A DNA stretch of 64,000 bases from Squalus acanthias (Eukaryota): assembly GCA_030390025.1 (NCBI GenBank), contig CM059431.1, positions 130,202,001 through 130,266,000 of the forward strand. Reading direction: 5' to 3'. Position 1 is the stretch's first letter. Each line of letters starts with the position of its first letter. The position numbers were made by a program, and so were the translations under genes. The notes below the pieces were generated by a model. That model searched no databases, had not been told where the DNA came from, and worked only from the letters and a program-made list of their open reading frames with translations. Below, piece after piece: positions 25,054 through 39,075 of this stretch.

Positions 25054-25891
25054 AGCCGCGATTTTTTTCAATGGAGGCGAGTTGGGTGCTGGTCATGTGG
25101 TTTCCAGCTTCCAGTCCCACCCCCAACTGCATCCAGCCCACAGACGTGCTTGCCGGCCAATTAAGAGGAAGCCGGTCAGATGACATCATTTGATGACGCG
25201 TCATCTGCCGGTTTTCTTAAAGGGATCATGCACAATTTTTTTTGACATCTGATTTCTCAGTGTTTGACAGCATTGAGGTGCTGAAAACACTGACAATCAC
25301 TGTACAAAGGTGAGCTGTTGCACCCAAGCTCTGCAATGACTCCCTCCATAGGCTGGAATAGATGGCAGCTGCAGGTGAGGTGACAGAAGCGATCTGTCAC
25401 TGGTGAGAGAGGTTCTCCCAATGAGGTGGCACTGGACATGGATTTCAAAACTTGTTACCTGAAGAAATATGTAAATGCATTAAAAATGAATTTCCCAACA
25501 TTTTCTTACCTCTGAGACTCACCAGTGCACCATTGGATCCTTCACACCACTTCTGCAGCTGTCATCAATCCAGAAACATTACAGCAGACTCACAACACGC
25601 CACACTTACCCGGCGTGATGTCCGGATGCCGGGAAACCCGAGGCAGAAGCGGCAAAATTTAAAAAATAGCCTGTTAACTACTAGCAACTATCTGTTAATA
25701 AGCAGGTAATTGGCTTTAATCCTCTTCCCGCCACTAGGTGTCGGGTCCATGTGCAAATCGGGGACCCGACACTTGGGAAAATTGTTTGGAGGCGGGTTGA
25801 CGGTGGGATCGCAACCTGCCGTCAATCAAAACGATTTTACCCTTTGACCCACCTCCAAACCCGCCCTCTAAGCGCCAGCAAAATCCAGCCC
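25054..25891. mobile_element. Non-autonomous Harbinger (about 840 bp), copy 1
   Basis: Ends agccgcgatttt / aaaatccagccc with flanks tac/tat. Colinear with 33586-34430. Confidence 0.85.
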
Positions 25892-26491
25892 TATGTGGCT
25901 GGAGTAAAATGAGCCATTGAAGGAGCATGTAGGATGTGCAAATGTGCAGCAGAACCAGGGCCTGGGCTGAGGGGAAGGGATTTGTCCCGAATTACATAAA
26001 CCTTTCCCATTTGAAAAGGAACCAAGCAGCTTAACAATTCGTATCTGTCCTTGTCTCAGCAAGGATTTGCTTGATTCAGCTTTGGAGAGATTGAAGAAGT
26101 ATAAGTGTGAAAGACACAAACATCTGGTTCAGGTTACAAGAGGGTACTATTGTCACACCTCAGGTTATGCTATTGTGCAAGTAGATATAGGGCAGTGTGA
26201 GTCAACTCCCATAAGAGTAAGAGGCTCAGAACGATTGACACCACCGATCATAAGAAAATATCTACAGCAGACCCAAATTTCTAACACTCACCATATTCAA
26301 ATTCGATTTTTAATTTTGCAAACTTGCAAACAAAAAATATGAATTCGCAACAAAATGCTCACCAAAGGTATTAGCTGTAATGTAATGCGTTTGGAAAAAT
26401 CTCAATCAGATTTTTATTGGACGCAAGTCCACAGCTTAAAACTGTCTGTAATTTAGCACAGAATTGGCAGTCTTTTTCAGAGAGCACTACA

Positions 26492-28825
26492 ATAACAGCA
26501 ATAACTTGCATTTATATAGTGCTTTTAACATAGTAAGGTGCTTCACGGGAGCTTAATCAGACAAAAATTGACTCGCGCCAAAGAAGAAAACATTGGGATA
26601 GGTGACCAAAAGCTTGCTCATAGAGATAGTTTTAAGGAAGGAGAGGTGCAGAGGCGGGGAGGTTTTAGGGAGGGAATTCCAGAGCTTAGGGCCTAGACAG
26701 CTGAAGGCACAGCCGGGATTGGGGGTAATTATTCTGGCATGGATAGAGGATTGGCTATCTAACAGAAAGCAAAGAGTTGGGATAAATGGTTCATTCTCAG
26801 ACTGGCAATCAGTAACTAGTGGTGTTCCACAGGGGTCAGTGCTGGGTCCCCAACTCTTCACAATCTATATTAACGATTTGGAGGAAGGGACCAAGTGTAA
26901 CATATCAAAATTTGCAGATGATACAAAGATGGGAGGGAAAGTAGTGAGTGAGGAAGACATAAAAAACCTGCAAGGGGACATAGACAGGCTAAGTAAGTGG
27001 GCAGAGATTTGGCAGATGGAATACAACACTGGAAAGTGTGAGGTGATGCACTTTGGCAGGAAAAATCCTAGAGCAATTTATTATCTTAATGGCAAGAAAC
27101 TGGAGAGTACTGAAGTGCAAAGGGATCTGGGGGTCCTGGTGCACGAAACTCAAAAGATTAGTATGCAGGTGCAGCAAGTGATTAAGAAGGCAAATGGAAT
27201 GTTGGCTTTCATTGCTAGGGGGATAGAATATAAAAATAGGGAGGTATTGCTTCAGTTGTACAAGGTATTGGTGAGACCGCACCTGGAATACTGCATACAG
27301 TTTTGGTGTCCTTACTTAAGGAAAGACATCCTTGCTCTCGAGGCAGTGCAAAAAAGGTTCACTCGGTTAATCCCGGGGATGAGGGGGTGGTCATATGAGG
27401 AGAGGTTGGGTAGATTGGGACTCTACTCATTGGAGTTCAGAAGAATGAGAGGCGATCTTATTGAAACATATAAGATTGTGAAGGGGTTGGATCGGGTGGA
27501 TGCGGGGAGGATGTTCCCGATGACGGGTGAGACGAGAACTAGGGGACATAGTCTTAGAATAAGGGGCTGCTCTTTCAAAACTGAGATGAGGAGGAACTAC
27601 TTCACTCAGAGGGTGGTAGGTCCATGGAATATGCTGCCACAAAAAGCTGTAGAAGCTACAACATTAATTAAATTTAAAACAGAAATAGACAGTTTCCTAG
27701 AAGTAAAGGGCATTAAGGGTTACGGGGAGCGGGCAGGAATTTGGACATGAGTCTAGGTTCGGATCGGTCATGGCCCTGTGGGTAGTGGAGCGGGCCCAGG
27801 GACTGTGTAGCCTGATTCTGCTCCTATTTCGTGTGTGCAATTCTGTTAGATGCAGGAGATGGTTCTGTGATAGATAGTAGATTGGCGGTTAGGATCAGAT
27901 CAGCCATGATCTTATTGAATGGCGGAGCAGGCTCGAGGGGCCGATTGGCCTACTCCTGCTCCTATTTCTTATGTTCTTATGTTCTTATGTTCTAGGAAGT
28001 CGGGGCTGCTCAAGACACCAAAATGGGAGGGACACAGAGTTCTCGGAGGGTTGTAGGGCTGGAGGAGGTTACCGAGATAGGAAGGCCATGGAGAGATTTG
28101 AACATGAGGATGAGAATTTTAAATTCGAGGCATTGGTGGACCAGGAGACACTGTAGGTTAGCGAGCACAGGGATAATACTTGAGTGGGACTTTAGGATAT
28201 GGACAACAGAGCTTTGGATGAGCTCAAGGTTATGGAACTTTAAAGATGGGAGGCCAGCCAGGACAGCATTGGAATAGTCGGGTCTGATGGTAAAAAAAAG
28301 CATGGATGAGGGTTTCAGCAGCTGATGGGCTGTGCAGGGGTGGAGACAATCGATATTACAGAGGTAGAAGTAGGCATTCTTGGTGATGGAGAGAATATGG
28401 GATCGGAAGTTCAGCTCTGGGTCAAATTGGACAGCGAGGTCTGGTTCAGCCTGAGACGGTGGCCAGGGAGGGCGATGGAATTGATGGCTAAGGAATGGAG
28501 TTTGTGGCGGGGCTGAAGACTATAGTTTCAGTCTTCCCAATATTTAATTTAAGAACATTTCTGATCAGCCAGTACTGGAAGTTTGACAAGCAACCTGACA
28601 ACACTGAGGCAGTGGAGGGATCGAGAGAGGTGGTGGTAGGTAAAGCTTGGTGTTGTTAGCATAAATGTGGACCCTGACTTTGTATTTTCTGATGATGTCG
28701 CTGAGGGGCAGCATGTAGATGAGAAATTGGAGAGAACCAAAGATAGATCCTTGGGGGCTCCAGAGGTAATGATGTGGGAGCAAGAAGAAAAGCCATTGCA
28801 GGAAATTCTCTAGCAACGACTGGAT
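26492..28825 (-). mobile_element. L2 LINE 3' fragment, split by a CR1 insertion
   Basis: The minus strand gives PQGSI, YANNT (a YADDT relic), DYSNAVLAGLP and KLWNSLP, with an L2 tail ctatataaatgcaagtt. Confidence 0.85.
26715..27992 (+). mobile_element. CR1 family C copy 1, young and 5'-truncated
   Basis: Uninterrupted RT C-terminal half ([14 protein letters not shown]) to the stop at 27750, with a (ttcttatg)n tail. Confidence 0.95.
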
Positions 28826-28971
28826 TCAAGCTGGTTGAATCAAACTAGCACAAAGTAAACAGTAGCTTACCATCATGGGATGGTAGCAAAAACTCACATT
28901 TTCAATTTGTAAATCCTCAAATGTACAAATTTGTGACTGGATGCTCACCCTGCATTAACTTTAGAGAATAT

Positions 28972-29288
28972 ATTTTTGATATATATTAATGACCTGGATT
29001 TGGATATTCAGGGCATAATTTCAAAGTTTCAGAAGACACAAAACTTGGAAATGTAGTAAACAGTGAGGAGTAAGTAAGTAAGTAAGAGACAGTAAGTAAG
29101 AGACTTCAGGAGGACATAGACAGAATGGTGAAATGGGCAGATACAGGGCAGATGAAATTTAACGCAGAGAAGTGTGAAGTGATTCATTTTGGTAGGAAGA
29201 ATGAGGAGACAATATAAGTTAAATGGTACAATTTTAAAGGAATAGAGACACCTGGGGGTGTACGTACACAAGTCTTTAAAGTGGCAGG
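28972..29288 (+). mobile_element. CR1 RT fragment with an internal (agta)n expansion
   Basis: YINDLD...SKF...WQMKFNAEKCEVIHFG. Confidence 0.8.
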
Positions 29289-30299
29289 AAAGCACAAAAT
29301 GAGCAATAATAAATTGGTAGCCCATTTTACACTGCACCCGATTTTCTTTTTCATTGAAGTCAAGCAAGCCAGCCCACTGACAGGTCCTGAGTATGGTGAG
29401 GCAAAGCGGAGGGGGTCAGCCCAGGCTGGCAGCGGCCCACTGTATTTTTGTGGGTTCAGGAAGAGCACTCCTCCTGGCTCCACAGGAATGAAATTATTAA
29501 AAGTGGGCAGTCTCCAGCAGTCCCATTAATGATGGTTGGTTAAGTCGCTGAAGACAACTGGGCGAAGCATGTGCGGCCCATATTCTCACCAATTTTGCAT
29601 CAGGATCCTGAAACTGGTGTTAGATTCCCAATTTGCATACTCAAGGCATCTAATGCCTGTTTCAGGCAGGCACCCTGTACACTCGGAAGTCAATAGCTTC
29701 CAATTTGGCAGCCGACGCACTTCCGGGAGAGATTGGAGATGAAAATTTGGAAATTCACTCTCCAAAAATCAGTTGAAATGAGGTTGAGTTTCTACTCCTC
29801 TGACTTAAATTTTAAGTCATGTTCTTTTCACACAGCAGTACGCCTTTCTCTTGAATGCTGTGTAATCCAGACAGAACTAAGTATGCCTGGGTCAAATTTA
29901 GCAGGCCTGCTATTGCCTAATTAATATATTCTGAAACTTTATTAATTTTACTGTCACAGCTCCAATATTTCCAATTCCCAGATCACAGAAACATGAGATT
30001 TGAGCACTGCAAACCTTTGTATCAACCTCATTTTATTCCAACTACAGCTACTTTTGCATTTAATTCTTGCACCTCTTCCAATTTCAGAGATTCAGCACTC
30101 AGTTGCTGTTGAAAGATTAAGAATGCATTATTTTATCTCGCATCTGGCTAAAAGCTATGGTCTTCTTAATTACCTTGTAATGAGTTGATTTCTAGAATTA
30201 CAAACATTAATGGTGTTAATATTTACTGCTATTTTACAATATTGGCATTTGCACTCAAGCCAGTTATTTTTATCCTTGTTTGCTGGCAGATTTCATAAA

Positions 30300-30435
30300 A
30301 GAAAAGAAAGACTTGCATTTATATAGCATCTTTCACGACCACCGGATAGCCTAAAGCGTTTTAAAGCCAATGAAGTACTTTTTCAAGTGTAGCCACTGTT
30401 GTAATTTAATAATAATTGAAGTCACTGTTGTAATA
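30300..30435 (-). mobile_element. 3' end fragment of the Deu SINE
   Basis: Reverse complement of 5185-5285. Confidence 0.8.
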
Positions 30436-30635
30436 AAGAACAGAACTGATTTTTCTACTTTAAAAAACACATTAATGCTACTTTAATTGTTTTTGATAAA
30501 GAATAATATGCAAAAGTCCTAATTACATGGGGTTTATTTTGCACATACTTTTTGAACATTTGAATGTACTGGTCAATCTCCTGTGCTGCTTCATGTGGAG
30601 AGTCAAGACCAAATGTAATCATCAGGTCAAGCGGG

Positions 30636-31015
30636 GTTAGAGGGTGAAGGTAATTGGATCAAGGCTTGTCGAGGACTGATGGTGGAGGGAAGAAGAGGTC
30701 AAAGGGGGAAAGTTAAATAGGGTGGGGGAGGGGAAGATAGGGGGTGGAAGCAGGAGAGAGCATGATGTGAGGAGGGAGAGGAAGGGAAAGATGGGAGAAG
30801 GGGTGGGTAGGGAAGGAAGGGAGAAAAGAGAGAGGGGAGAATGGAAAAGGGAGGATGGGGAGGGAAAGAAAGCAGACAATGAGGTGGAGGGTTTGGGGAA
30901 AATCAAGCAGGGGATGGACAGACAGACCAGGGATGGGAGCCGAGAAGCTGACAGGCAAGGTGGGGAGAGATAGCAGCTTGGGGGGGGGTTGGTGGCCGGG
31001 GGAAGGTAGGATCAG
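30636..31015 (+). repeat. Purine/G-rich low-complexity tract
   Basis: Many GGG runs and very few pyrimidines. Confidence 0.7.
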
Positions 31016-32178
31016 CAGAGGCTGACACTGGATGAATGGAGACAAGTAAGGCCAGGTATGAGCAACTGGTAAGAAGATGCTGCAGTGCAAAAATGGCGGA
31101 TGGGGTAGAGAAGAGTGTCTGTTCACAATGGGTCTGAGGCACGATCAGTACTTGGCGGTTAAAAATGTGACAGTGTCCAAACAGAACAGTTCTACAGTTT
31201 GACCAGAATTTCAAATGTAAAAGCCCCTGAGATACCTTACCCAGAAGCTAGAGGGGACCCTGGAGGCATGACCTTGGAACTCCCCAGAGGTGGCTGTTGG
31301 CCATGGGGGAGGGGGAGGGGGAGGGAGATTACCCGAGGGCCGAAAAATTTAAAGTTCAATTTATTAAATATGTTCTTTCAAAAAAGATTTAGAGTAGAGC
31401 AGGAACAACACATTAAACTTTTACATGACTATTTTATAAGAAAGTATTTAAGAAAAATGATGAGTGAACAGGACAGCCAAAGGCTTACCAAAAGTGGGTA
31501 ATGTAAAACTATTAAGATACTTTTAAAGAAGTGAATACTGGAGGAAGGGGTGAAGCAAAATCTACTTTGTTCAAAGCAAGTTGTTGATGTAAGGAGCTGC
31601 CCCTTGAGACTGATGTTTCAGCGTACCTAACTTTCTTAGGTGATTGGGTTTGATAGTCATAATCATGCAAATTCAAGTACATTCTAAGATTTTTTGCCTG
31701 ACCTATCATATAGATCAAATTCAGAGAAGCTGGCATTTTTTTGTTCCAGATTTGTGTGCATCTTTATTCAGAGCACATTAGCTCCAGTAATCTCCTCTTT
31801 TCCTAAATCATATATTTCCCTATGATTTCACATATGCATGGCAAGGAACAGTACAGAAATACATGTATTCAGCCTTGAAGCTTGCCTTTAGCCACTAAAA
31901 CCTGGAAATGATTGTTTGCGATATTAGCAAATGAATGTTGGTGCAATTCCATTTAAAATTAATGGGTTAATGCCTGCGTTAAATAGAAGACACAGGAATG
32001 TCATCAATGTGGTAAGGGTTCATCCACCAATTTCACCAACAATCATTTCTAGGTTGAACTTTCACATTTCCATCTCAAAGAACTGTTTCGTATGGCAAAT
32101 TTGCTAATGTGGCAAACAAATCACACGTGATTCGGCATGTGCATTTTTCTAAATGAATGCATTTTCTGTATGTTTCAG

Positions 32179-32304
32179 AGAGTTTATCAATAGTCTGCGG
32201 TTATATAGGACTTTATATGGTGGATTGGCTGATCAACTGTGTGTCAATGACTTAGCAGCTGCTGATGGACTAGCTTGCTGGAATGGAGAAGATGTCGTGA
32301 AGAG
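32179..32304 (+). CDS. GPC5: Glypican-5 internal coding exon (equivalent to human exon 5)
   Basis: Acceptor tgtttcag and donor gtgaga. The 126 nt encode (K)EFINSLRLYRTLYGGLADQLCVNDLAAADGLACWNGEDVVK(S), containing the glypican LC...CWNG motif. Joins the previous exon in frame (aa|a = Lys). Confidence 0.95.
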
Positions 32305-33367
32305 GTGAGAGCCGTTCCATTTATGGACTGAGAGCTAGAGGCTAATCAGTTCTCAAATCTAATAAATCAGTGCTCTGTTGTTATACTTGTTTGATCGAGA
32401 TGGTTTGTTATTCATTATTTTATTATTTCTGGTTATAGTTAATGCTGATGGATTTACAGTGGATGCAAGATTAAAATATCAAATGTATTTTTTCAATAAG
32501 TACTATTTGAATTGAATGTTGTAATTACATTTGTGTTTACAAATATCAGCATGTAATTGGCAAACAGATGTGCCAGTCATTACTCCAATATCAACCGTGA
32601 AACCTTAAATCATTTATTTGTGTTGGTTTTCCACAGATTTTTATAAAAGTCTCTTTACAATGTTATCTTTATATTGTTGCTGATCTGATTTGCATCTTGA
32701 GAACCTCTGATGGTTTTCACATATTTGGATTAACATAATAGTATTAACCAGTTTGGTTGGAGCATATCTGGGTTGTCTTGTCATTTACAAAAATAAGTGA
32801 AGGGATGTAATATCCAAATTGATCTTTGCTAATTAGATAGCCACTGTAATTTATTATCTCCACGCTATTTTAAAAATTGCATTTTAATTACATACATCAT
32901 TCAGTTTTCTATATGTATAACCAATTAATTATATATTAAAAATGGTTCCAAAGGTACTGCACCTGCAGGTGGCATAGTCTATGTTATGTTGCGTGACTAA
33001 TTGAGCATAATGGAGCAGCAGCTAATGTTATATGACAGCCCCTTACTCAATCCTCAAAAATCCTAATGTATCTGTCAGGAAAAGGTTGTGGTCCCAGCAA
33101 ATTGAGATATGTGCAAGTGAGCAGAACAAAGTTTTGAAATAGCAAAACAATCAGAAAGCCCTTTTGTGATGCATATTATTGAAACTGAGTAAAGGAAAAC
33201 GTATCTCGACTGTTCAAGGTCTCTCTGCTAGTCAATTTATGTGCAGATAATTGGATGTGGAAACGAGGGTAAAATACTTGTTGGAAGCATAGCATTTTGC
33301 AAGAAATAGCTAACTGAAATGAAACATTTTTGCTCACCAATGATTAAAAAAAAATCTGTGAGAAATT

Positions 33368-36300
33368 CAAGATGGCTTCTGGACAGGCACCTCCCGAGGG
33401 AGCTCCTTGCTGTGCATCTCTATTCTTGACTATCCGGTGCCATCCTTTGCCCTTTCTCCCCCAATCTCCTCTCTTGCACTGTTTAAGTTTCTCTGGCTCT
33501 AATTCTGAGTGCATTTTAGCCCTAACTACAAGTTAACTACTAGTTTAAAGTGCCCACTGCCCATCCCCCGATCTGGCTGCTCTTTGGCTGTGATTTTATT
33601 AATGGAGGCGGGTTGAGTGCGGGTCAGCTGGTTTCCGGCTTCCAGTCCCGCCCCAGCTGCTTCCGCTCCACAGACGTGATTTTGCCTTGATTGACCTTGT
33701 TAAGCCCGCCCTGCAGGCTTGCCGGCCAATTAACAGGAAGCGGGTCAGATGACATCATTTGATGACGCGTCATCTGCCGGTTTCCTGAAAGGGACCACGC
33801 ACAATTTTATTTTGATAGTTGATTTCTCAGTGTTTGACAGCATTGAGGTGCTGAAAACACTGACAATCACTGCGCAAAGGTGACCTCTTACACCCAGGCT
33901 CTCCAATGACTCCCTCCATAGGCTGGAATAGATTGCAGGTGAGGTGACAGAAGCGATCTGTCACTGGTGAGAGAGGTTCTCCCAATGAGGTGGCACTGGA
34001 CATGGATTTCAAAACTTGTAAGCTAAAGAAATGTGTAAATGTATTAAAAATGCAGTACCCAACATTTTCTTTCCTCTGAGACTCACCATGTGCAACATTG
34101 GATCCTTCACACCACTTCTGCAGCTGTCATCAATCCAGAAACATTGCAGCAGACTCACAGCACGCCGCACTTACCTGGCGTGGTGTCCGGACGTCGGGAA
34201 ACCCGAGCCAGAAGCAGCAAAATCCAAAAATAGGCTGACAACTACTGGCAAATACCTGTTAATAAGCAGGTAATTGCCTTTAATCCGCTTCCCGCCGCTA
34301 GTTGTCGGGTCCATTCGCAAATCGGGGACCCGACACTTGGGAAAGCTGTTTGGAGGCGGGTCAATCAAAATGAATTTAACCTATGACCTGCCTTCAAACC
34401 CACCCTCTGAGCGCCTGCAAAATCGCGGCCTTTGTTTTCCTCAGTGAGCACTGAATCTTTTCTCAAATTTAGCTTCCAAATTCCTGGACTTCTCTGGACA
34501 TCAAGACTACACTTCTGCATTGGACTACGCTATAAGACTCAGCTGCTGTGTCTCTGATCTGCTGCTCAGTTGCTTAAATTTTGAAGTAACTTTGTCCAGC
34601 CTACAGCCCATCCCCACCTCTGCTGTTACCTGCTGAGCCTGTGACTATCTGACTGGTCCAACTGGTTTTCCAGCTTCAGTCCCCCACCGCTGCTGTTGCT
34701 GGCTGAGCCTGTGACTATCCTACTGGTTTTTCAGCTTCAGCTACAGTCTGGTTCCTGGCCAGAGATTCACTCTCCTGGGCCGAAGTACATTTCTCCGCCG
34801 CTTCTGGACCTTATGGTGACCTTCAATGTCGCCACCGTTTTTCTGCCCTGCAACCGATTCTGCACAACTCCTGGGTCTTCATTCCCACAGAAATACCTCC
34901 AGCAGTGCGTCTTTCGATACTCTACCCTTCAGATAGCTTCTGGACTCACTCACCCGTCACACCTGTCTCCGAACCCGGATATCAGTTAGTTAATGCTCCA
35001 TGCTAACTCACTCTACCTACGTCAACTTTATCCCACCAGGGGACCTCTGACTTTAACTCTGGACTCCCTCCTATTGTGTCCTCTCTATTCCCCGTTTACT
35101 ACCAGGATATATACATCCTAATCTTGCTGCAATACCAGGCCTATGTAACTTGAGTTTTCCCTGTGCCCATTCATGTGCATGTTTTGGCTGTACCTCTGGA
35201 ACCAAGTCCATCACTTTTTTTCCATTTTATTCTCCCCCTTTTTTTCTTCTTTTCTCTTTACCCCTCCTAGACCCCTCTCTTCTGTTGTCATGCCTCATTT
35301 CCTTTCTCTCCTCTCAGGTACTCTGCCCTCCCAAATCCCTACCCCAGCCCTCTAACACTCCTCAACCGTCCCAGGATAAACTCCCTTTTAGATAAGCCGA
35401 CAGCTACTCTCTGTGCCTCTCTTGGCATCCTCCAAAGGGCCCATCGAGGCACTTGTCACTGCCTCCTTATGAGCAGCAACCCCAACTGTCGTTTCTGACC
35501 TTACCACCCAGCGCACCCACTAGGGGCTAATCTTTCCTACCTCCTTCCCATCCCACTTGCCCCTTCCACTGGATCAGCTATCACCGCCCCTCTCCACATC
35601 TCCCTCCAGAATGTCCATTCACTTGTGAACAAGGCCCTTGCCATCCATGAGCTTATTATAGATGATTGCATCGACATCTTGGCCTTGACAGAAACCTGGC
35701 TGAGGGGTGATGACACCTTCCCCCTAAATGAAGCCTCCCCACCTGGCTATACCTTCCACCACTTGCCCCACCCAAACTGCCGCGGTGGCAGTGTGGCTCT
35801 TATCAGCATATCACACCTTGGTCTGTCCCCCTACTCCTCTGGCACCTTCTCCTCCTTTGAGCATCTCACCTTGTTCCACCCCTCTCATCTCTCATTTAAA
35901 ATCCTCATTCTCTACCGCCCACCATGCCTATTTTCTCACTGAGATATCTTCACTGCTTTCCTTCCTCAGCCTCTGCACTGAGCGACTTCTCATCCATGGT
36001 GACTTCAACCTCAATCTCAATTCACCCTGCTCTCTCTCCTCTGAATTGACTGCCCTCCTATCCTCCCTTAATCTCTCCTTCCATATAAACACCCCTACCC
36101 ATATTCAGTGCTACCGCCTTGACCTTGCCATCTCTCATGGCCTCGCTACTCCCATTGTGTCAATCACAGATAAGGCCATCTATGATCACTGCCTTGCATC
36201 GCTCTCCACCCACAGACCCCTTCCCCCTCTCAACCCTACTTCCTTCTGTGTCCGCCCCTGGAAAAAACTCTCTTCCAACACTTACAACTGCGCTTTCAAA

Positions 36301-38464
36301 ATCCCAACTGTCTAGCCTTTGGCCCTCCATTCACCACGACATTTCTGCAGCTATCGATCTGCTCAGCCCTAGTCCCCATTAAAACCATTACTCTCTCTCA
36401 CCCTGGTCGTTCCCCCTGGTTGGCCCCCATCTCCGCTCCCTTAAGTCCAAGGGATGCAGACTTGAATGTATATGGCGGTATGTTAGCCATTCATCGCTAG
36501 ATCTGACTGGACCACATAAAGCACTATCGACCTGACCTCCTCTGCCAAAACTGCTCAATATTTGCAAAGATAACCCCAGCACTTTTTCTCTGTTGCAAAC
36601 TGTCTTCTTAAACCCCTCTCCCCTGCCTCCTCCACCCTCAAATCCAACAAGTACGAAGATCTCATGGCCTTCTTTGTCGCTAAAATTGAGGCCATCCGAT
36701 CAGCTGCCTCTGCCACTTCCCTTCCTTCCCCTAGCCCACCGGGCCAAACTTCCTCTAAGGTTCCTCCATGCCTTAGCTCTGAACTCACATCTTTCTCCAG
36801 TTTCTCTCCTATATCCCCACATGCCCTCTCCGAGCTCATCTTGTCCTTGAGACCCACTTCCTGCTCCCTCGACCCTATTCCCACTAAACTGCTGACCACC
36901 CAACTTCCTTTTCTGGCTCCCATGTTAGCTGATATTGTTAACGGTTCTCTCTCCTCAGGTACTGTCCCCCCTCCCCTGCAAATCTGCCATCATCACCCCT
37001 CTCAAAAAAACAACCCTTGACCCCTCTGTCCTTGCAAACTACCGCTCCATCTCCAACCTCCCTTTCCTCTCCAAAGTCCTTGAACGTGCTGTCACCTCCC
37101 AGATCCATGCCCATCTTTCCCGGAATTCCATGTTTGAATCCCTCGAATCAGGTTTCCACCCCTATCACAGTACCGAAACGGCTCTTATCAAAGTCACAAA
37201 TGACGTCCTATGCGACTGTGACCATGGTAAGCCGTCCCTCCTTGTCCTTCTCAACCTGTCTGCAGCCTTTGACACTGTTGACCACACCATCCTCACCAAT
37301 GCCTCTCCACCGTCGTCCAGCTGGGTGGGACTGCACTCGCCTGGTTCCATTCTTATCTATCCAGTCGTAGCCAGAGAATCACCTGTAATGGTTTCTCTTC
37401 CCACTCCCACATCGTTACCTCTGGTGTCCCCCAAGGGTCTATCATTGGCTCCTCCTATTTCTCATCTACATGCTGCCCCTCAGCTACATCATCCGAAATC
37501 ACGTCAGGTTTCACATGTACGCTGATGACACCCAGTTTTACCTCACCACCACCTCGCTCGACCCCTCCACTATCTCTAAATTGTCAGACTGCTTGTCCGG
37601 CATCCAGTACTGGATGAGCAGAAATTTCCTCCAACTAAGTATTGGGAAGACCAAAGCCATTGTCTTCAGTCCCCGCCACCAACTCCATTCCCTAGCCACT
37701 GACTCCACCCCTTTCCCTGGCAACTGTCTGAGGCTGACCAGACTTTTTGCAACCTTGGTGTCGTTTTTGTCCCCGAGATAAGCTTGTGACAACACATCTG
37801 CGCAATCACTAAGACCGCTTATTTCCACCTCCGTAACATCGCCCAGCTGTGCCCTTGCCTCAGCTCATCTGCCGCTGAAACCCTCATCCATGCCTTTGTT
37901 ACGTCTAGACAATGCACTCCTGGCCGGCCTCCCATCTTCCACCCTCCATAAACTTAAGGCCATCTAAAACTCTGCTGCCTATATCCTAACTCGCACCAAG
38001 TCCCGTTCACCCATCACCCGTGTGCTCGCTGACCTACATTGCCTCTCGGTTAAGCAACGCCTTGATTTTAAAATTCTCATCCTTGTTTTCAAATCACTCC
38101 ATGGCCTCGCCCCTCCCTATCTCTGCAATCTCCTCCAGCCCCACAACCCTCCGAGATATCTGCATTACTCCAATTCTGACCTCTTGCGCATCCCCGATTT
38201 TAATCGCTCAACCATTGGTGGCCGTGCCTTCAGCTGCCGAGATGCTAAGCTCTAGAATTGCCTCCCTAAACCTTTCTGCCTCTCTACCTCTCTTTCCTCC
38301 TTTAAGACGCTCCTTAAAACCTTCCTCTTTCACCAAGCTTTTGGTTAGCTGCCCTAATATCTCCTTATGTGGCTCTGTGTCAAATTTTGTTTGCTAACGC
38401 TCCTGTGAAGCGCCCTGGGATGTTTAATTACATTAAAGGCGCTATATAAATGCAAGCTGTTGTT
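33368..38464 (+). mobile_element. Near-full-length L2 LINE (degenerate endonuclease-RT), interrupted by a Harbinger derivative
   Basis: Motifs [45 protein letters not shown] and YADDTQ. C-rich strand with an L2 tail ending gttgtt. The 5' limit is uncertain. Confidence 0.9.
33586..34430. mobile_element. Non-autonomous Harbinger (845 bp), copy 2
   Basis: TIR ggctgtgatttt / aaaatcgcggcc, whose differences fit CpG decay. Exact TSD ttt. Confidence 0.9.
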
Positions 38465-39075
38465 CTATATGCAGTTTTTGGACTGTGTGAGTTAACTCCG
38501 GAACATCAGAGGTGCAAGGTCTGCCTATGGGAGTAACCTGTGTTGCTGAACCTGTGAGAATATCTCTGACAGACCAGAAATTTGTAACAGCTGGCAAACT
38601 TAATTATCAATTGACTCTTTCCTGTGTCATTAATTCCATTGGACTATTAGCACTAGCTGTTCTTCTCTCTCTTCAGCAGCCCATCTACCATTTCCTCAAC
38701 ATCATAACTTCAGTAGATAAATTACTAACCTATTGAATTTATCTTTACACCAAAAGCAACTGTCTACACAGTTCACCATTCAATTTCTTTCTGCTTCTTT
38801 TTCCTCACTGTAGCCTAGTTCCATGAAGCTGCTCTGACATTTCCTCAGTTTCCTCCTGCTCCTCTTCCTCAGCAGCACCCTTAGTATCACGCAGTGCCTG
38901 AAACAAATTTGGCACTTATTTCTTGTGTTAACTCATTATTTTTGCCTTTCATACTGCCTCTTCTCACTATAATATAATCCCTGCCTCTTCTATCAGCCAC
39001 TTTTCTCTACTAGCATTTCCCTAACATGCCTCTTTTCCATGTGATACCCAGCTTTCTCTCCTAGTGGATCCAGTA

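Noticed and set aside
26602..27750. Intact 382-aa RT gene
   Set aside because: Chimeric ORF: the first 38 or so codons are antisense L2 sequence fused to a 5'-truncated CR1.
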